Assembly: GCA_034117325.1 (NCBI GenBank)
Contig: JAXEPX010000009.1
Coordinates: 3,208 to 67,207, forward strand
Length of the DNA stretch: 64,000 bases
From: Phascolarctobacterium sp.
Lineage (GTDB): Bacteria; Bacillota; Negativicutes; Acidaminococcales; Acidaminococcaceae
Direction: 5' to 3'
Shown here: positions 41,254 to 50,452 of the stretch, in pieces
Numbering within the stretch: the first letter of the stretch is position 1
Layout: the number at the start of each line of letters is the position of its first letter
The notes under the pieces: model-generated
The model's database searches: none
Told to the model about the DNA's origin: nothing
The model's input: only the letters and a program-made list of their open reading frames with translations
Translations under genes and position numbers: made by a program

Positions 41254-41976
41254 ATGGAAAATAATGTAATTACCGTGCGGGGTCTGGGCTTCGACTATGG
41301 CGAGGGCTGGGTCTTTCATAAGCTGGATTTGGACATTGCCGAGGGCGATTTTGTCGCTGTTATCGGTGCAAATGGTGCGGGAAAAAGCACGCTTTTGAAA
41401 ATGCTGGCCCACGCTATGCCGCCTACGACGGGCGAAATTTATTACTACGGCAAGCCCATTACGGAATTTAAGGAATGGCATAAAATCGGCTATGTGGCGC
41501 AAAACCCCATGAAAATGCAGCGCGCCTTCCCCATTAGTGTGGAGGAGGTCGTGAAGCTGGGCCTGCTTAAGCCGGGTAGCCTGCTGCATCGCTTCGGACA
41601 CGAGGAGAAGGAGGCAGTGGAGAAGGCTCTGCTGGACTTCAAGCTGACAAGCCTGCGGCACCGCAAAATCGGCGAGCTGAGCGGGGGGCAGCAGCAGCGC
41701 GTATTTTTGGCGCGTGCCATGGTGCATAATCCACGCATTTTGCTACTGGACGAGCCTGCCACGGGCATTGATACTGCGTCGAAAATTGCGCTCTATGCCA
41801 TGCTGAAAAAGATTAATCGCGAGCAAAATGTGACCATTGTGATGATTTCCCATGATCTGGAGCTGGCAGCAGATGCAGCTAAATCTGCACTCTGCATTAA
41901 CCATGGTATCTGCTTCAGGGGTGAGGTGCACGCCGCACTGCAGCATCATCATAAGCATGGTTATTTTTATAGATAA
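41254..41976 (+). CDS. Metal ABC transporter ATPase (ZnuC-like)
   Basis: GANGAGKS, LSGGQQQR, LDEP; His-rich C-terminus. Confidence 0.9.
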   Translation: MENNVITVRGLGFDYGEGWVFHKLDLDIAEGDFVAVIGANGAGKSTLLKMLAHAMPPTTGEIYYYGKPITEFKEWHKIGYVAQNPMKMQRAFPISVEEVVKLGLLKPGSLLHRFGHEEKEAVEKALLDFKLTSLRHRKIGELSGGQQQRVFLARAMVHNPRILLLDEPATGIDTASKIALYAMLKKINREQNVTIVMISHDLELAADAAKSALCINHGICFRGEVHAALQHHHKHGYFYR

Positions 41977-41995
41977 TAGATAGAAGGATATTGCT

Positions 41996-42883
41996 ATGCT
42001 GGAAATGTTTGAAATGGAATTTATGCAGCGGGCTTGGCTGGCTGGCTTAATTATGGCCTTGATCTGCCCGCTCATTGGTAGCTTTCTCGTGCTGCGTCGT
42101 CAGTCCCTCATCGGTGACGGACTGGGGCATATCGCCTTTGCCGGTGTGGCCGGGGGCGCGCTGTGGGGCTATAGCCCTGTGCTAAGCGCGGCAGCGGCTA
42201 CCATTCTTGGTGCGCTGGCCATTGAAAGAGTGCGTGTGCGCTTAAGCGAGGCCGCAGATATGGTGCTGGCTATTTTTTTCTATAGTGGCATGGGCTTGGC
42301 AGTTGTTTTTACCGGACTTAATAAGGATGGTGGCTTTAATCTGGGCAGCATTCTTTTCGGCAGCTTGATGACGGTTAGCAGCAAGGACTTGGTAATTGTA
42401 GCCCTGCTAGCCTTATTTACCGTGCTTTTTGTGGTGCTTTTCTATCGTCCACTGCAATATTTGACCTTTGACGAGACCTCAGCGAAGGTAGCAGGCCTGC
42501 CAGTGGAGCGACTGAACCTGCTGCTGGCACTGCTGACAGCACTTACTGTGGCCCTTTCCATGCGCATCGTGGGCCTCTTACTCGTATCCGCCATGATGGT
42601 TATCCCCGTGGCCTGCGCTCTGCAGACGGCACGGAGCTTCGGCGGCACGATTATGCAAAGCATGCTCTATGGCCTGCTCACCGTGAGCCTGGGCCTAAGC
42701 ATTTCCTATTACATGAACCTCGCACCCGGTGGCACCATTGTGCTGATGGGAACGCTGCTCTTTTTGCTGAGCTGCCTAGTGGGCACGCGCGTAAGAACAG
42801 CTCAGCCCGTACCGGGACAATGCCAGTGCAAGGTCTGCGAGGAGGAGGCCGCAGAGGCTGGGAAAGAGGGGCTGGCTAAATGA
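41996..42883 (+). CDS. Metal ABC transporter permease (ZnuB-like)
   Basis: GDGLGHIAFAG, LFGS, VGLLLVSAMMVIP. Confidence 0.9.
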   Translation: MLEMFEMEFMQRAWLAGLIMALICPLIGSFLVLRRQSLIGDGLGHIAFAGVAGGALWGYSPVLSAAAATILGALAIERVRVRLSEAADMVLAIFFYSGMGLAVVFTGLNKDGGFNLGSILFGSLMTVSSKDLVIVALLALFTVLFVVLFYRPLQYLTFDETSAKVAGLPVERLNLLLALLTALTVALSMRIVGLLLVSAMMVIPVACALQTARSFGGTIMQSMLYGLLTVSLGLSISYYMNLAPGGTIVLMGTLLFLLSCLVGTRVRTAQPVPGQCQCKVCEEEAAEAGKEGLAK

Positions 42884-43701
42884 GTGTTCGAGCTGATTTA
42901 CACATCCACACCACTGCCTCCGACGGTACCTGGACACCGCGTGAGCTCATTGAGCAGGCGCAAGCAGTGGAGCTAGGTCTACTCGCCGTGACGGACCACG
43001 ATAGCGTGGTCAATGTAGCAGAGACGCAGCGCCTCGCTAAGGCTGCAGGACTCAAGTTTCTACCAGCGTCTGAAATATGCTCCACGAAGGAAGATATCTC
43101 CTTTCACATCCTGGGCTATGGCATCGACATCACGAATAAACACTTACTTGAGCTCATAAACCATAACGAAGACCTACTTGCACAAAAGGATGTCGATAGC
43201 ATTCGTCTGCTTGAACGTGACGGCTGGCCTGTAGATAGCCTGGAATTCACTCGTTATGATTACGACAGACGACGCGGGGGCTGGCGAGCACTCGCCTACC
43301 TAATAGACAAGGGCCTCTGCACAGACGTCAACGACTTCTTCAAGCGCATCTTCACGCCTGAGCACGACCTAGGCTTTCCTGAATTTCCGCCCATTTCGCA
43401 GGTCGTAGACGCTATCCACGGCGCTGGTGGGGTAGCCATTTGCGCTCATGCAGCCAGTGGCTTCCATGGACCTGGACTAGAGCGCGTCATGGACATCCTG
43501 CGCGTCGAAAGCTTCGACGGCTTCGAATGCTACCACAGTGGTCACAACGAAGCAGGCACCCAACGCCTGCTCGCACACTGCCGCAAGCACGACCTCATGA
43601 TCACAGGCGGTAGCGACTGCCACGGCACCTTCGTGCCAGGACGCCGCCTCGGCGAGCCTTATGTAGATACCAGCATGCTTAGATTAGACGGATTGCTTTA
43701 A
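42880..43701 (+). CDS. PHP-domain phosphoesterase (YciV/TrpH-like)
   Basis: DLHIHTTASDG, TDHD, AHA, TGGSDCHG. Confidence 0.9.
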   Translation: MSVRADLHIHTTASDGTWTPRELIEQAQAVELGLLAVTDHDSVVNVAETQRLAKAAGLKFLPASEICSTKEDISFHILGYGIDITNKHLLELINHNEDLLAQKDVDSIRLLERDGWPVDSLEFTRYDYDRRRGGWRALAYLIDKGLCTDVNDFFKRIFTPEHDLGFPEFPPISQVVDAIHGAGGVAICAHAASGFHGPGLERVMDILRVESFDGFECYHSGHNEAGTQRLLAHCRKHDLMITGGSDCHGTFVPGRRLGEPYVDTSMLRLDGLL

Positions 43702-43720
43702 AAAGAACTCTATAGTAGCT

Positions 43721-43890
43721 TGAGCAATTATAAAAATACGGAGCGAATAGGAATTTTAGCACATAAGTGCATGGTTCAATAGAAATTGAGCCATGTTTGA
43801 GCGAAGCGAGTTTGGCGAAATTTCGTAATTGAACCGCACGAAATGGGCGTCAGAAATTCCTGTTGAGCGCAGTATTTTATAATTGCGAAT
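43721..43890 (-). repeat. Family-1 palindromic element, copy C (inverted)
   Basis: Reverse complement reads ATTCGCAATTA...TACGAAATTTCGCCAAACTCGCTTCGCTCAAACATGGCTCAATTTC...TAATTGCTCA. Confidence 0.88.
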
Positions 43891-43991
43891 ATAATATGTA
43901 TAGCAAACAACAGTAAAACGAAGCATGTTTATAATGACGAATCTAGAAATTACATACATACATACTTATTTACTCTCGGAGGTAGAACACA

Positions 43992-45119
43992 ATGGAAAAA
44001 TCTAAAGTATACTTCACCGACTTCCGCACCAAACCCGGTGGCGCAAGCATGCCACAAAAACTCCAAAAACTCGCCCAAAAAGCAGGCATCGCCAACATCG
44101 ACTTCGAAAACAAATTCGTAGCCATCAAAATCCACTTCGGCGAACTCGGTAACATCTCCTACCTGCGTCCCAACTACGCCAAAGCCGTAGTCGACCTCGT
44201 CAAAAAACTTGGCGGCCGTCCCTTCCTCACCGACTGCAACACCCTCTACGTAGGCAGCCGCAAACACGCACTAGAACACATGGACACCGCCTACGAAAAC
44301 GGCTTCAGCCCCTTCTCAACCGGCTGCCACGTTATCATCGCTGACGGCCTCAAGGGCACCGACGAAGCCTACGTACCTGTTAAAAACGGCGAACTCGTTC
44401 AAGAAGCAAAAATCGGCCGTGCCATCATGGACGCCGACATCGTCATCAGCCTCAACCACTTCAAGGGCCACGAAATGGCTGGCTTCGGCGGCGCGTTGAA
44501 AAACCTTGGCATGGGCAGCGGCTCCCGCGCCGGAAAAATGGAAATGCATAACGATGGCAAACCCAAAGTAAACCAAAAGAAATGCATCGGCTGCGGCCGT
44601 TGCGTCAATATCTGCGCCCATGGTGCGCCCAGCATCACCGAGCGCAAGGCTACTATCGACATCAATAAATGCGTGGGCTGTGGTCGCTGCCTTGGCCTGT
44701 GTCCTGTTGACGCCATCCATACCCTCTACGACGCAAGCATGGACAACCTTAACAAAAAAATGGCCGAATATGCGCAAGCAGTCTGCCAGGACCGTCCTAG
44801 CTTCCACATCAGCCTCATCGTCGACGTATCTCCCTACTGCGACTGCCATGCTGAAAATGATGCACCCATCGTGCCCAATATCGGCATGCTGGCCTCCTTC
44901 GACCCCGTGGCACTTGACCAAGCCTGCGCTGATCTCGTTAACGCTGCACCTGCTGTAGCTAACTCCGTACTGGGCGAGCATCTGACTGCAGACCCCGAAG
45001 GCTGCCAGGGTCATGACCATTTCCATAATACTACGCCTGAATCCGAATGGAAGATGTGCCTTGAGCATGCAGAAAAGATTGGCGTAGGTATGCGCGAGTA
45101 CGAACTTATTAAGATGTGA
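43992..45119 (+). CDS. DUF362-domain protein with a 2x[4Fe-4S] ferredoxin insert
   Basis: KIHFGE, HFKGH...GGALKNLGMG, CIGCGRC...C and CVGCGRC...C, DPVALD. Confidence 0.88.
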   Translation: MEKSKVYFTDFRTKPGGASMPQKLQKLAQKAGIANIDFENKFVAIKIHFGELGNISYLRPNYAKAVVDLVKKLGGRPFLTDCNTLYVGSRKHALEHMDTAYENGFSPFSTGCHVIIADGLKGTDEAYVPVKNGELVQEAKIGRAIMDADIVISLNHFKGHEMAGFGGALKNLGMGSGSRAGKMEMHNDGKPKVNQKKCIGCGRCVNICAHGAPSITERKATIDINKCVGCGRCLGLCPVDAIHTLYDASMDNLNKKMAEYAQAVCQDRPSFHISLIVDVSPYCDCHAENDAPIVPNIGMLASFDPVALDQACADLVNAAPAVANSVLGEHLTADPEGCQGHDHFHNTTPESEWKMCLEHAEKIGVGMREYELIKM

Positions 45120-45220
45120 AATCGTTTATAAGGCATCATCTACTTCGTCATCGCTCCTAAGAGTACTAATCTGTACGCCGTCGTCGCGATTTCTCGTATC
45201 TGATGCCTTCTGAACGATTT
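45119..45220 (+). repeat. Family-2 palindromic 3' element, copy 2
   Basis: Aligns with 940-1040 with compensated stems. Confidence 0.82.
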
Positions 45221-45371
45221 CTAAGATATGTTTTCCGAAAATTTTCTAGAAATTCACGAAAAATGTTCGACTTTTTTGTCAGCCTGTGATATTATATTAC
45301 AGTAATATTGCAAAGCTTACACTTTTGGAGAAATTTTAGTTTGCGAAAGAAAAATTAGGAGGCTTATTTCA

Positions 45372-46247
45372 ATGCAAGAATACAAACCCTTTAAATCCGG
45401 TAAGGTTCGTGAAATGTATGATATTGGTGATAGCATCGTTATGGTTGCTACCGACCGCATCTCTGCTTTCGACGTTATTTTAAAAAATGATATCAAGAAA
45501 AAAGGCACCGTGCTGACCCAAATCTCCAAATTCTGGTTCGATTTTACCAGCGACATCGTGCCCAACCATATGCTCTCCGTAGACGTAAAGGATATGCCTG
45601 AATTCTTCCAAAAAGAGGAGTTCACCGGTAACAGCATGAAATGCAAAAAGCTGGAAATGCTGCCCGTAGAATGCATCGTACGCGGCTACATCACCGGTAG
45701 CGGCTGGTCCAGCTACAAAAAAAGTGGCGAAATCTGCGGTATTAAGCTGCCCGAAGGCCTCGAAGAATGCCAAAAGCTGCCGGAGGTACTCTTCACTCCT
45801 AGCACCAAGGCTGAAATCGGCGACCATGACGAAAATATCAGCGTAGAGCAAAGCATTGAAATCCTCGAGAAGCTCTATCCCGGTCGTGGCAAGGAATACG
45901 CTCTGAAGCTTAGAGATTATACCATTGCTATTTACAAAAAATGTGCTGACTATGCTCTGTCCCGTGGCATCATCATCGCTGACACCAAATTCGAATTTGG
46001 TCTGGATGAGAACGGCGAGGTTGTACTGGGCGACGAAATGATCACCCCCGACTGCTCCCGCTTCTGGCCGCTGGAGGGCTATGAAGTTGGTCATGACCAA
46101 CCCTCCTACGATAAGCAATTCGTACGTAATTGGCTGAAGGAAAACCCGGATTCCGATTACAAGCTGCCGCAAGAGGTTATTGATAAGACCATCGGCAAAT
46201 ATATCGAGGCTTATGAAAAGCTGACCGGCAAAGAATTCAACTTCTAA
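45372..46247 (+). CDS. purC: SAICAR synthetase
   Basis: SGKVRE, ATDRISAFD, ECIVRGY, ADTKFEFG, SRFW, DKQFVR. Confidence 0.96.
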   Translation: MQEYKPFKSGKVREMYDIGDSIVMVATDRISAFDVILKNDIKKKGTVLTQISKFWFDFTSDIVPNHMLSVDVKDMPEFFQKEEFTGNSMKCKKLEMLPVECIVRGYITGSGWSSYKKSGEICGIKLPEGLEECQKLPEVLFTPSTKAEIGDHDENISVEQSIEILEKLYPGRGKEYALKLRDYTIAIYKKCADYALSRGIIIADTKFEFGLDENGEVVLGDEMITPDCSRFWPLEGYEVGHDQPSYDKQFVRNWLKENPDSDYKLPQEVIDKTIGKYIEAYEKLTGKEFNF

Positions 46248-46323
46248 TTTTGTGAAGAAAGTGTAAACTTTGACGCAAAAAGCGAACGTTTAAAAGTTTT
46301 TCACCAAAAATATACAAAAACTA

Positions 46324-46410
46324 TTTACAAGCGATAGTTTCGTGTTGTATAATTTCACCATAAACAACAACGGCGTTGTGGCAATAGCCTTACTGCCGTT
46401 GTTGTTTTTT
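46324..46410 (+). promoter_or_regulatory. Promoter followed by a long terminator-like hairpin
   Basis: TTTACA-18-TATAAT; AAACAACAACGGC...GCCGTTGTTGTTT plus T-run. Confidence 0.6.
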
Positions 46411-46419
46411 ATTTTCTCC

Positions 46420-46670
46420 TTGTAGAGCACAGATGCCGTGAGGAGGAATGGACACTGCCTGCTAGAGAAAAAGCGGCAGGAGCCCGCTAATAATGCAAAA
46501 TAGTGCTCCTATCGTGTGACGCAATTTCCACCGTAGAGAAAAAAGAGGTGGTTCGTTGAAGCGGCCAATTGAGGGGACTTTTAGGTTGCTGAAAGTAAGA
46601 GCACTGCCGGCTGGGGGGCCGGGCGGAAGTCATACGAAGTAAAAATGCCCGCTGGGAGGCGGGTTTTTTT
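46420..46670 (+). ncRNA. Unidentified structured RNA with attenuator-like 3' end (T-box-like)
   Basis: GC-rich non-coding stretch with several hairpins, ending in GCCCGC-TGGGAG-GCGGG-T7; alternative helix CGGG/CCCG + CAU/AUG around a 7-nt bulge. Confidence 0.55.
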
Positions 46671-46705
46671 ATGCGTAAAATACGGCTTAAGACTTATATT
46701 TATGC

Positions 46706-46745
46706 AAAAAAGAGAAGCAGCTGGTGGTAAGCTGCTTCTCTTTTT
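46706..46745. terminator. Bidirectional terminator at the cysK 3' end
   Basis: A5-AGAGAAGCAGC...GCTGCTTCTC-T5. Confidence 0.85.
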
Positions 46746-46810
46746 GAAATGGGATGTGTATTATCTTATAGATAGGGAAGACCTATAATGCAAATTAAAT
46801 TGCTGGCTGC

Positions 46811-47743
46811 TTAGTCCGTGAAGAGCGGAGTGGACAGGTAGCGGTCGCCCGTGTCTGGCAGGAGGACAACTATGGTCTTGCCTTTGTTTTCAGGGCGTTT
46901 AGCAATTACGGTAGCTGCATAGAGGGCTGCGCCGCTGGAGATACCTACGAGTACGCCTTCCTTGTGGGCAATAGCGCGACCGGTAGCAAAGGCGTCCTCT
47001 GCTTCTACAGGAATGATTTCATCGTAAATTTTCGTATTCAGGGTGTCAGGCACGAAGCCTGCGCCAATGCCCTGAATTTTATGCGGACCGGCGATACCCT
47101 TAGACAGCACAGGGCTGGTGGAGGGCTCTACGGCTACAACCTTCACATTCGGATTCTGGGCTTTCAGATATTCGCCAGTGCCGGAAAGCGTGCCGCCGGT
47201 GCCAACGCCGGCTACGAAGAAGTCTACTTGGCCATCGGTATCAGCCCAGATTTCCGGACCGGTAGTAGCTCTGTGGACAGCGGGGTTAGCAGGGTTGGTG
47301 AATTGACCGGGGATGAAGCTGCCCGGTGTAGCTGCTGCCAGCTCCTCGGCCTTAGCGATAGCGCCCTTCATGCCTTTAGCTCCGTCGGTGAGTACGAGCT
47401 CGGCACCGTAGGCCTTTAGCAGATTGCGACGCTCCACGCTCATGGTTTCGGGCATGGTGAGGATGATTTTGTAGCCGCGAGCTGCAGCTACGCTAGCGAG
47501 ACCAATGCCGGTGTTGCCGCTGGTGGGCTCAATAATAGTAGCCCCCGGCTTTAAGAGATCCTTAGCCTCTGCGTCGTCCAGCATGGCCTTGGCGATTCTA
47601 TCCTTAACACTGCCTGCAGGATTGAAATATTCCAGCTTAGCGAGAATTTTTGCTTCCAGCTTGTTTTCCTTTTCATAATTAACGAGTTCTACCAGCGGGG
47701 TACCGCCGATCAGTTGAGTAATGCTAGTATATACCTTTGCCAT
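46811..47743 (-). CDS. cysK: Cysteine synthase A
   Basis: [12 protein letters not shown] lysine, [33 protein letters not shown]. Confidence 0.96.
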   Translation of the reverse strand: MAKVYTSITQLIGGTPLVELVNYEKENKLEAKILAKLEYFNPAGSVKDRIAKAMLDDAEAKDLLKPGATIIEPTSGNTGIGLASVAAARGYKIILTMPETMSVERRNLLKAYGAELVLTDGAKGMKGAIAKAEELAAATPGSFIPGQFTNPANPAVHRATTGPEIWADTDGQVDFFVAGVGTGGTLSGTGEYLKAQNPNVKVVAVEPSTSPVLSKGIAGPHKIQGIGAGFVPDTLNTKIYDEIIPVEAEDAFATGRAIAHKEGVLVGISSGAALYAATVIAKRPENKGKTIVVLLPDTGDRYLSTPLFTD

Positions 47744-47902
47744 AATTTATCGCTCCTTATAAAGTAATTTTTACCTATTTTCTTAAGCTCTTTTTTATAA
47801 TTGTTAATTGTGATTGACGTAGCAACATCGTGTACCAGGTTTCAGCATTGTAAGAACCTCACTTTGATTAATATCTAGTATTCATAGCTGATTGATAGGT
47901 TT

Positions 47903-47984
47903 ATTATACATCGCTGTGAGCAGATGTCAATAGTTTTTTGCAAAAATATCTGAACTTGACAAGGGAAGAGTTTTAATGTAATAT
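47903..47984. promoter_or_regulatory. Back-to-back sigma70 promoters for cysK (-) and the hydE-like gene (+)
   Basis: Minus strand TTGACA(47930-25)-16-TATAAT(47908-03); plus strand TTGACA(47956-61)-17-TAATAT. Confidence 0.7.
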
Positions 47985-48025
47985 ATGAAACATATTAAAG
48001 CACTAGGAATTATGGAGGTGAGTTC

Positions 48026-49081
48026 ATGAGTGGAGTGGCAGCTTTAATAGCTAAATTGGCGCAGAAGCATGATTTGACTGATGCGGAGCTACTTGAAGTG
48101 ATTACAAGTGAGGAAGCGGGAACGAATGCGCTCCTTGCTACGGAGGCGGATAAGCTACGCCGCAAGTATTATGGAAATAAGGTCTATATCCGCGGGCTCA
48201 TTGAATTCACTAATTACTGTAAAAATAATTGCTACTACTGCGGCATTCGCGCGGGTAATAAATGCGCGCAGCGCTATCGCCTGACTCAGGAGCAGATTCT
48301 TGCCTGCTGTAGGGAGGGCTATAGGTTGGGCTTTAGGACCTTCGTGCTGCAGGGGGGTGAGGACCCCTATTTTACAGATGAGCGCGTGTGCGAGCTTGTG
48401 GCGGCGATTCGCAAGCAGCATCCTGATTGCGCGATTACGCTTTCTATAGGCGAGAAGGAGCGTGCTAGCTATGCGGCCTATTTTGCGGCGGGAGCTAATC
48501 GTTATCTTTTGCGCCACGAGACGGCGACGGACGAGCATTATAAAATGCTGCACCCGGAGAGCATGAGCCTTGCAAACCGCAAGCGCTGCCTTTTTGATTT
48601 GAAGGATATCGGCTACCAGGTGGGCAGTGGCTTTATGGTGGGCTCGCCGTATCAGAGGCCGGAGCATTTGCTCGCGGATCTTCGCTTTTTGCAGGAGCTC
48701 GAGCCTGATATGATTGGCATCGGACCCTATATTACCCATGCGGAGACGCCCTTTGCGAAGCAGAAGAGTGGTACGGCGGAGCAGACGCTGCGCTTGCTCT
48801 CGATGCTGCGCTTATTATTTCCCTATGCGCTTTTGCCTGCGACGACGGCGCTAGGAACGATTACGCCCGATGGGCGCGAGCGCGGACTGCAGGCGGGGGG
48901 CAATGTGGTAATGCCTAATCTGTCGCCTGTGGACGTGCGCAAGCTGTACGACCTGTATGAGAACAAGCTTTGCACAGATGAGGAGGCGGCGCAGTGCCGC
49001 AGCTGTCTGGAGGCCCGCGTGCGGAGTGTGGGCTACGAAATCGTCACTGATAGGGGCGATGTGGCACGGAATGTGGTATAA
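48026..49081 (+). CDS. hydE: HydE-like radical SAM protein (biotin synthase/HydE/PylB family)
   Basis: TNYCKNNCYYC, QGGED, LLRHET, PATTALG, GNVVMPN, YDLYENK. Confidence 0.85.
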   Translation: MSGVAALIAKLAQKHDLTDAELLEVITSEEAGTNALLATEADKLRRKYYGNKVYIRGLIEFTNYCKNNCYYCGIRAGNKCAQRYRLTQEQILACCREGYRLGFRTFVLQGGEDPYFTDERVCELVAAIRKQHPDCAITLSIGEKERASYAAYFAAGANRYLLRHETATDEHYKMLHPESMSLANRKRCLFDLKDIGYQVGSGFMVGSPYQRPEHLLADLRFLQELEPDMIGIGPYITHAETPFAKQKSGTAEQTLRLLSMLRLLFPYALLPATTALGTITPDGRERGLQAGGNVVMPNLSPVDVRKLYDLYENKLCTDEEAAQCRSCLEARVRSVGYEIVTDRGDVARNVV

Positions 49082-49106
49082 TTAAGAGAGAAGAATAATT
49101 TACGAG

Positions 49107-49236
49107 AACCTCTCCGCCTCGCTACGCTCGGCACCTCCACTTTAAAGGGGAGGCTCTCTAGATGCTAAATTTAGGAGAAAGGCTCCCCATGCAAGGGGAG
49201 CTGGCTGCGAGCGAAGCGAAGCAGACTGAGAGGTTT
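49107..49236. repeat. Two family-3 REP-like units in inverted arrangement (BIME-like)
   Basis: AACCTCTCCGCCTCGCTACGCTCGGCACCTCC...GGGGAGG, then GGCTCCCC...GGGGAGCTGGCTGCGAGCGAAGCGAAGCAGACTGAGAGGTT. Confidence 0.8.
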
Positions 49237-49288
49237 AAGCGAGCTATTGAGTGACTTTTAAAATAGCACTATTTAGGAGACAAGAACT

Positions 49289-50374
49289 ATGGAACAAAAC
49301 AAAAAAGCACTTATTGCGATGAGTGGTGGCGTGGATTCCAGTGTAGCAGCACTCCTGATGCAGGAGCAGGGCTGCGCGTGTACGGGCGTTACCATGAAGC
49401 TTTTTAATAATGAGGATATTGGCCTGCCCATCATGGACAGCAAATGCTGCAGCCTTGATGATATTGAGGATGCGAAGGCAGTCTGTGCGAAAATGGGCAT
49501 GGAGCATTTCACATTTAACTATGGCGACCGTTTCCGCAAGGAGGTTATCGACCGCTTTATCGATGCGTATATGCATGGCATGACGCCGAACCCATGCATT
49601 GACTGCAATCGCTATCTGAAGTTTGGCGAGCTTTTTGAGAAAGCGCAGGAAATGGGCTGCGATTACGTGGTAACGGGTCATTATGCTCGCATTAGTTATG
49701 ATGAGGAAAAGGGTCGTTACTTGCTGCTGAAGGCAGTGAGCTCCGAGAAGGACCAGAGCTATGTGCTCTACAGCCTGACGCAGGAACAGCTGGCGCATGT
49801 GCAGTTCCCGCTCGGAGGCCTTGCTAAGCCTGAGGTGCGTGCCATCGCGGAGGAGCATGGCTTCGTCACGGCGCATAAGCATGATAGCCAGGATATTTGC
49901 TTCATCCAAAACGGCATGAGCTATGCCGACTTTATTGAAATGCGCACGGGTCGCAAATTCAAGCCCGGTAATTTTGTGGATACTACGGGCAAGGTGCTTG
50001 GCCGTCACAAGGGCATTATCCACTACACCATTGGCCAGCGCAAGGGCCTTGGTCTCGCTTTGCCCGCACCCATGTATGTGCAAAATATTGATGTCAAAAA
50101 TAATACGGTCATCCTCAGCGATAACGCTGGCCTCTTCACGAAGGAGGTCACTGCTACCGATATTAATCTTATCGATTGCGAGCGTATTACTGAGCCGCGC
50201 CGCGTGAAGGCGCGCATTCGCTACCACCATGTGGAGCAGTGGGCGACGGTAACGCAGCCCGATGACAATACACTGCAGCTCGTGTTCGACGAGCCACAGC
50301 GCGCGATTACGAAGGGGCAAGCTCTTGTAATGTACGATGGTGATGTTGTAGTAGGTGGCGGCCGTATCATCTAA
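49289..50374 (+). CDS. mnmA: tRNA-specific 2-thiouridylase
   Basis: AMSGGVDSS, TPNPCIDCN, TGHYAR, KDQSY, DSQDICF, YTIGQRKG, GQALV. Confidence 0.96.
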   Translation: MEQNKKALIAMSGGVDSSVAALLMQEQGCACTGVTMKLFNNEDIGLPIMDSKCCSLDDIEDAKAVCAKMGMEHFTFNYGDRFRKEVIDRFIDAYMHGMTPNPCIDCNRYLKFGELFEKAQEMGCDYVVTGHYARISYDEEKGRYLLLKAVSSEKDQSYVLYSLTQEQLAHVQFPLGGLAKPEVRAIAEEHGFVTAHKHDSQDICFIQNGMSYADFIEMRTGRKFKPGNFVDTTGKVLGRHKGIIHYTIGQRKGLGLALPAPMYVQNIDVKNNTVILSDNAGLFTKEVTATDINLIDCERITEPRRVKARIRYHHVEQWATVTQPDDNTLQLVFDEPQRAITKGQALVMYDGDVVVGGGRII

Positions 50375-50378
50375 AAAT

Positions 50379-50432
50379 AAAAAAGCTTATGGTTTTTCCT
50401 AATCTTGTAAGATAGGTAAGCCATAAGCTTTT
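50379..50432. terminator. Bidirectional terminator between mnmA and tetR
   Basis: AAAAGCTTATGG...CCATAAGCTTTT. Confidence 0.75.
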
Positions 50433-50452
50433 ACTTTTTGTTTATGAAAATT

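Noticed and set aside
46420-46670. Identification as raiA motif, 6S RNA, tmRNA, RNase P, SRP or lysine/cobalamin riboswitch
   Set aside because: Only short fragments resemble them; the hallmark sequences I checked for (e.g. GAGGAAAGUCC, CAGG...GGAAGCAG, CCA end) are missing.
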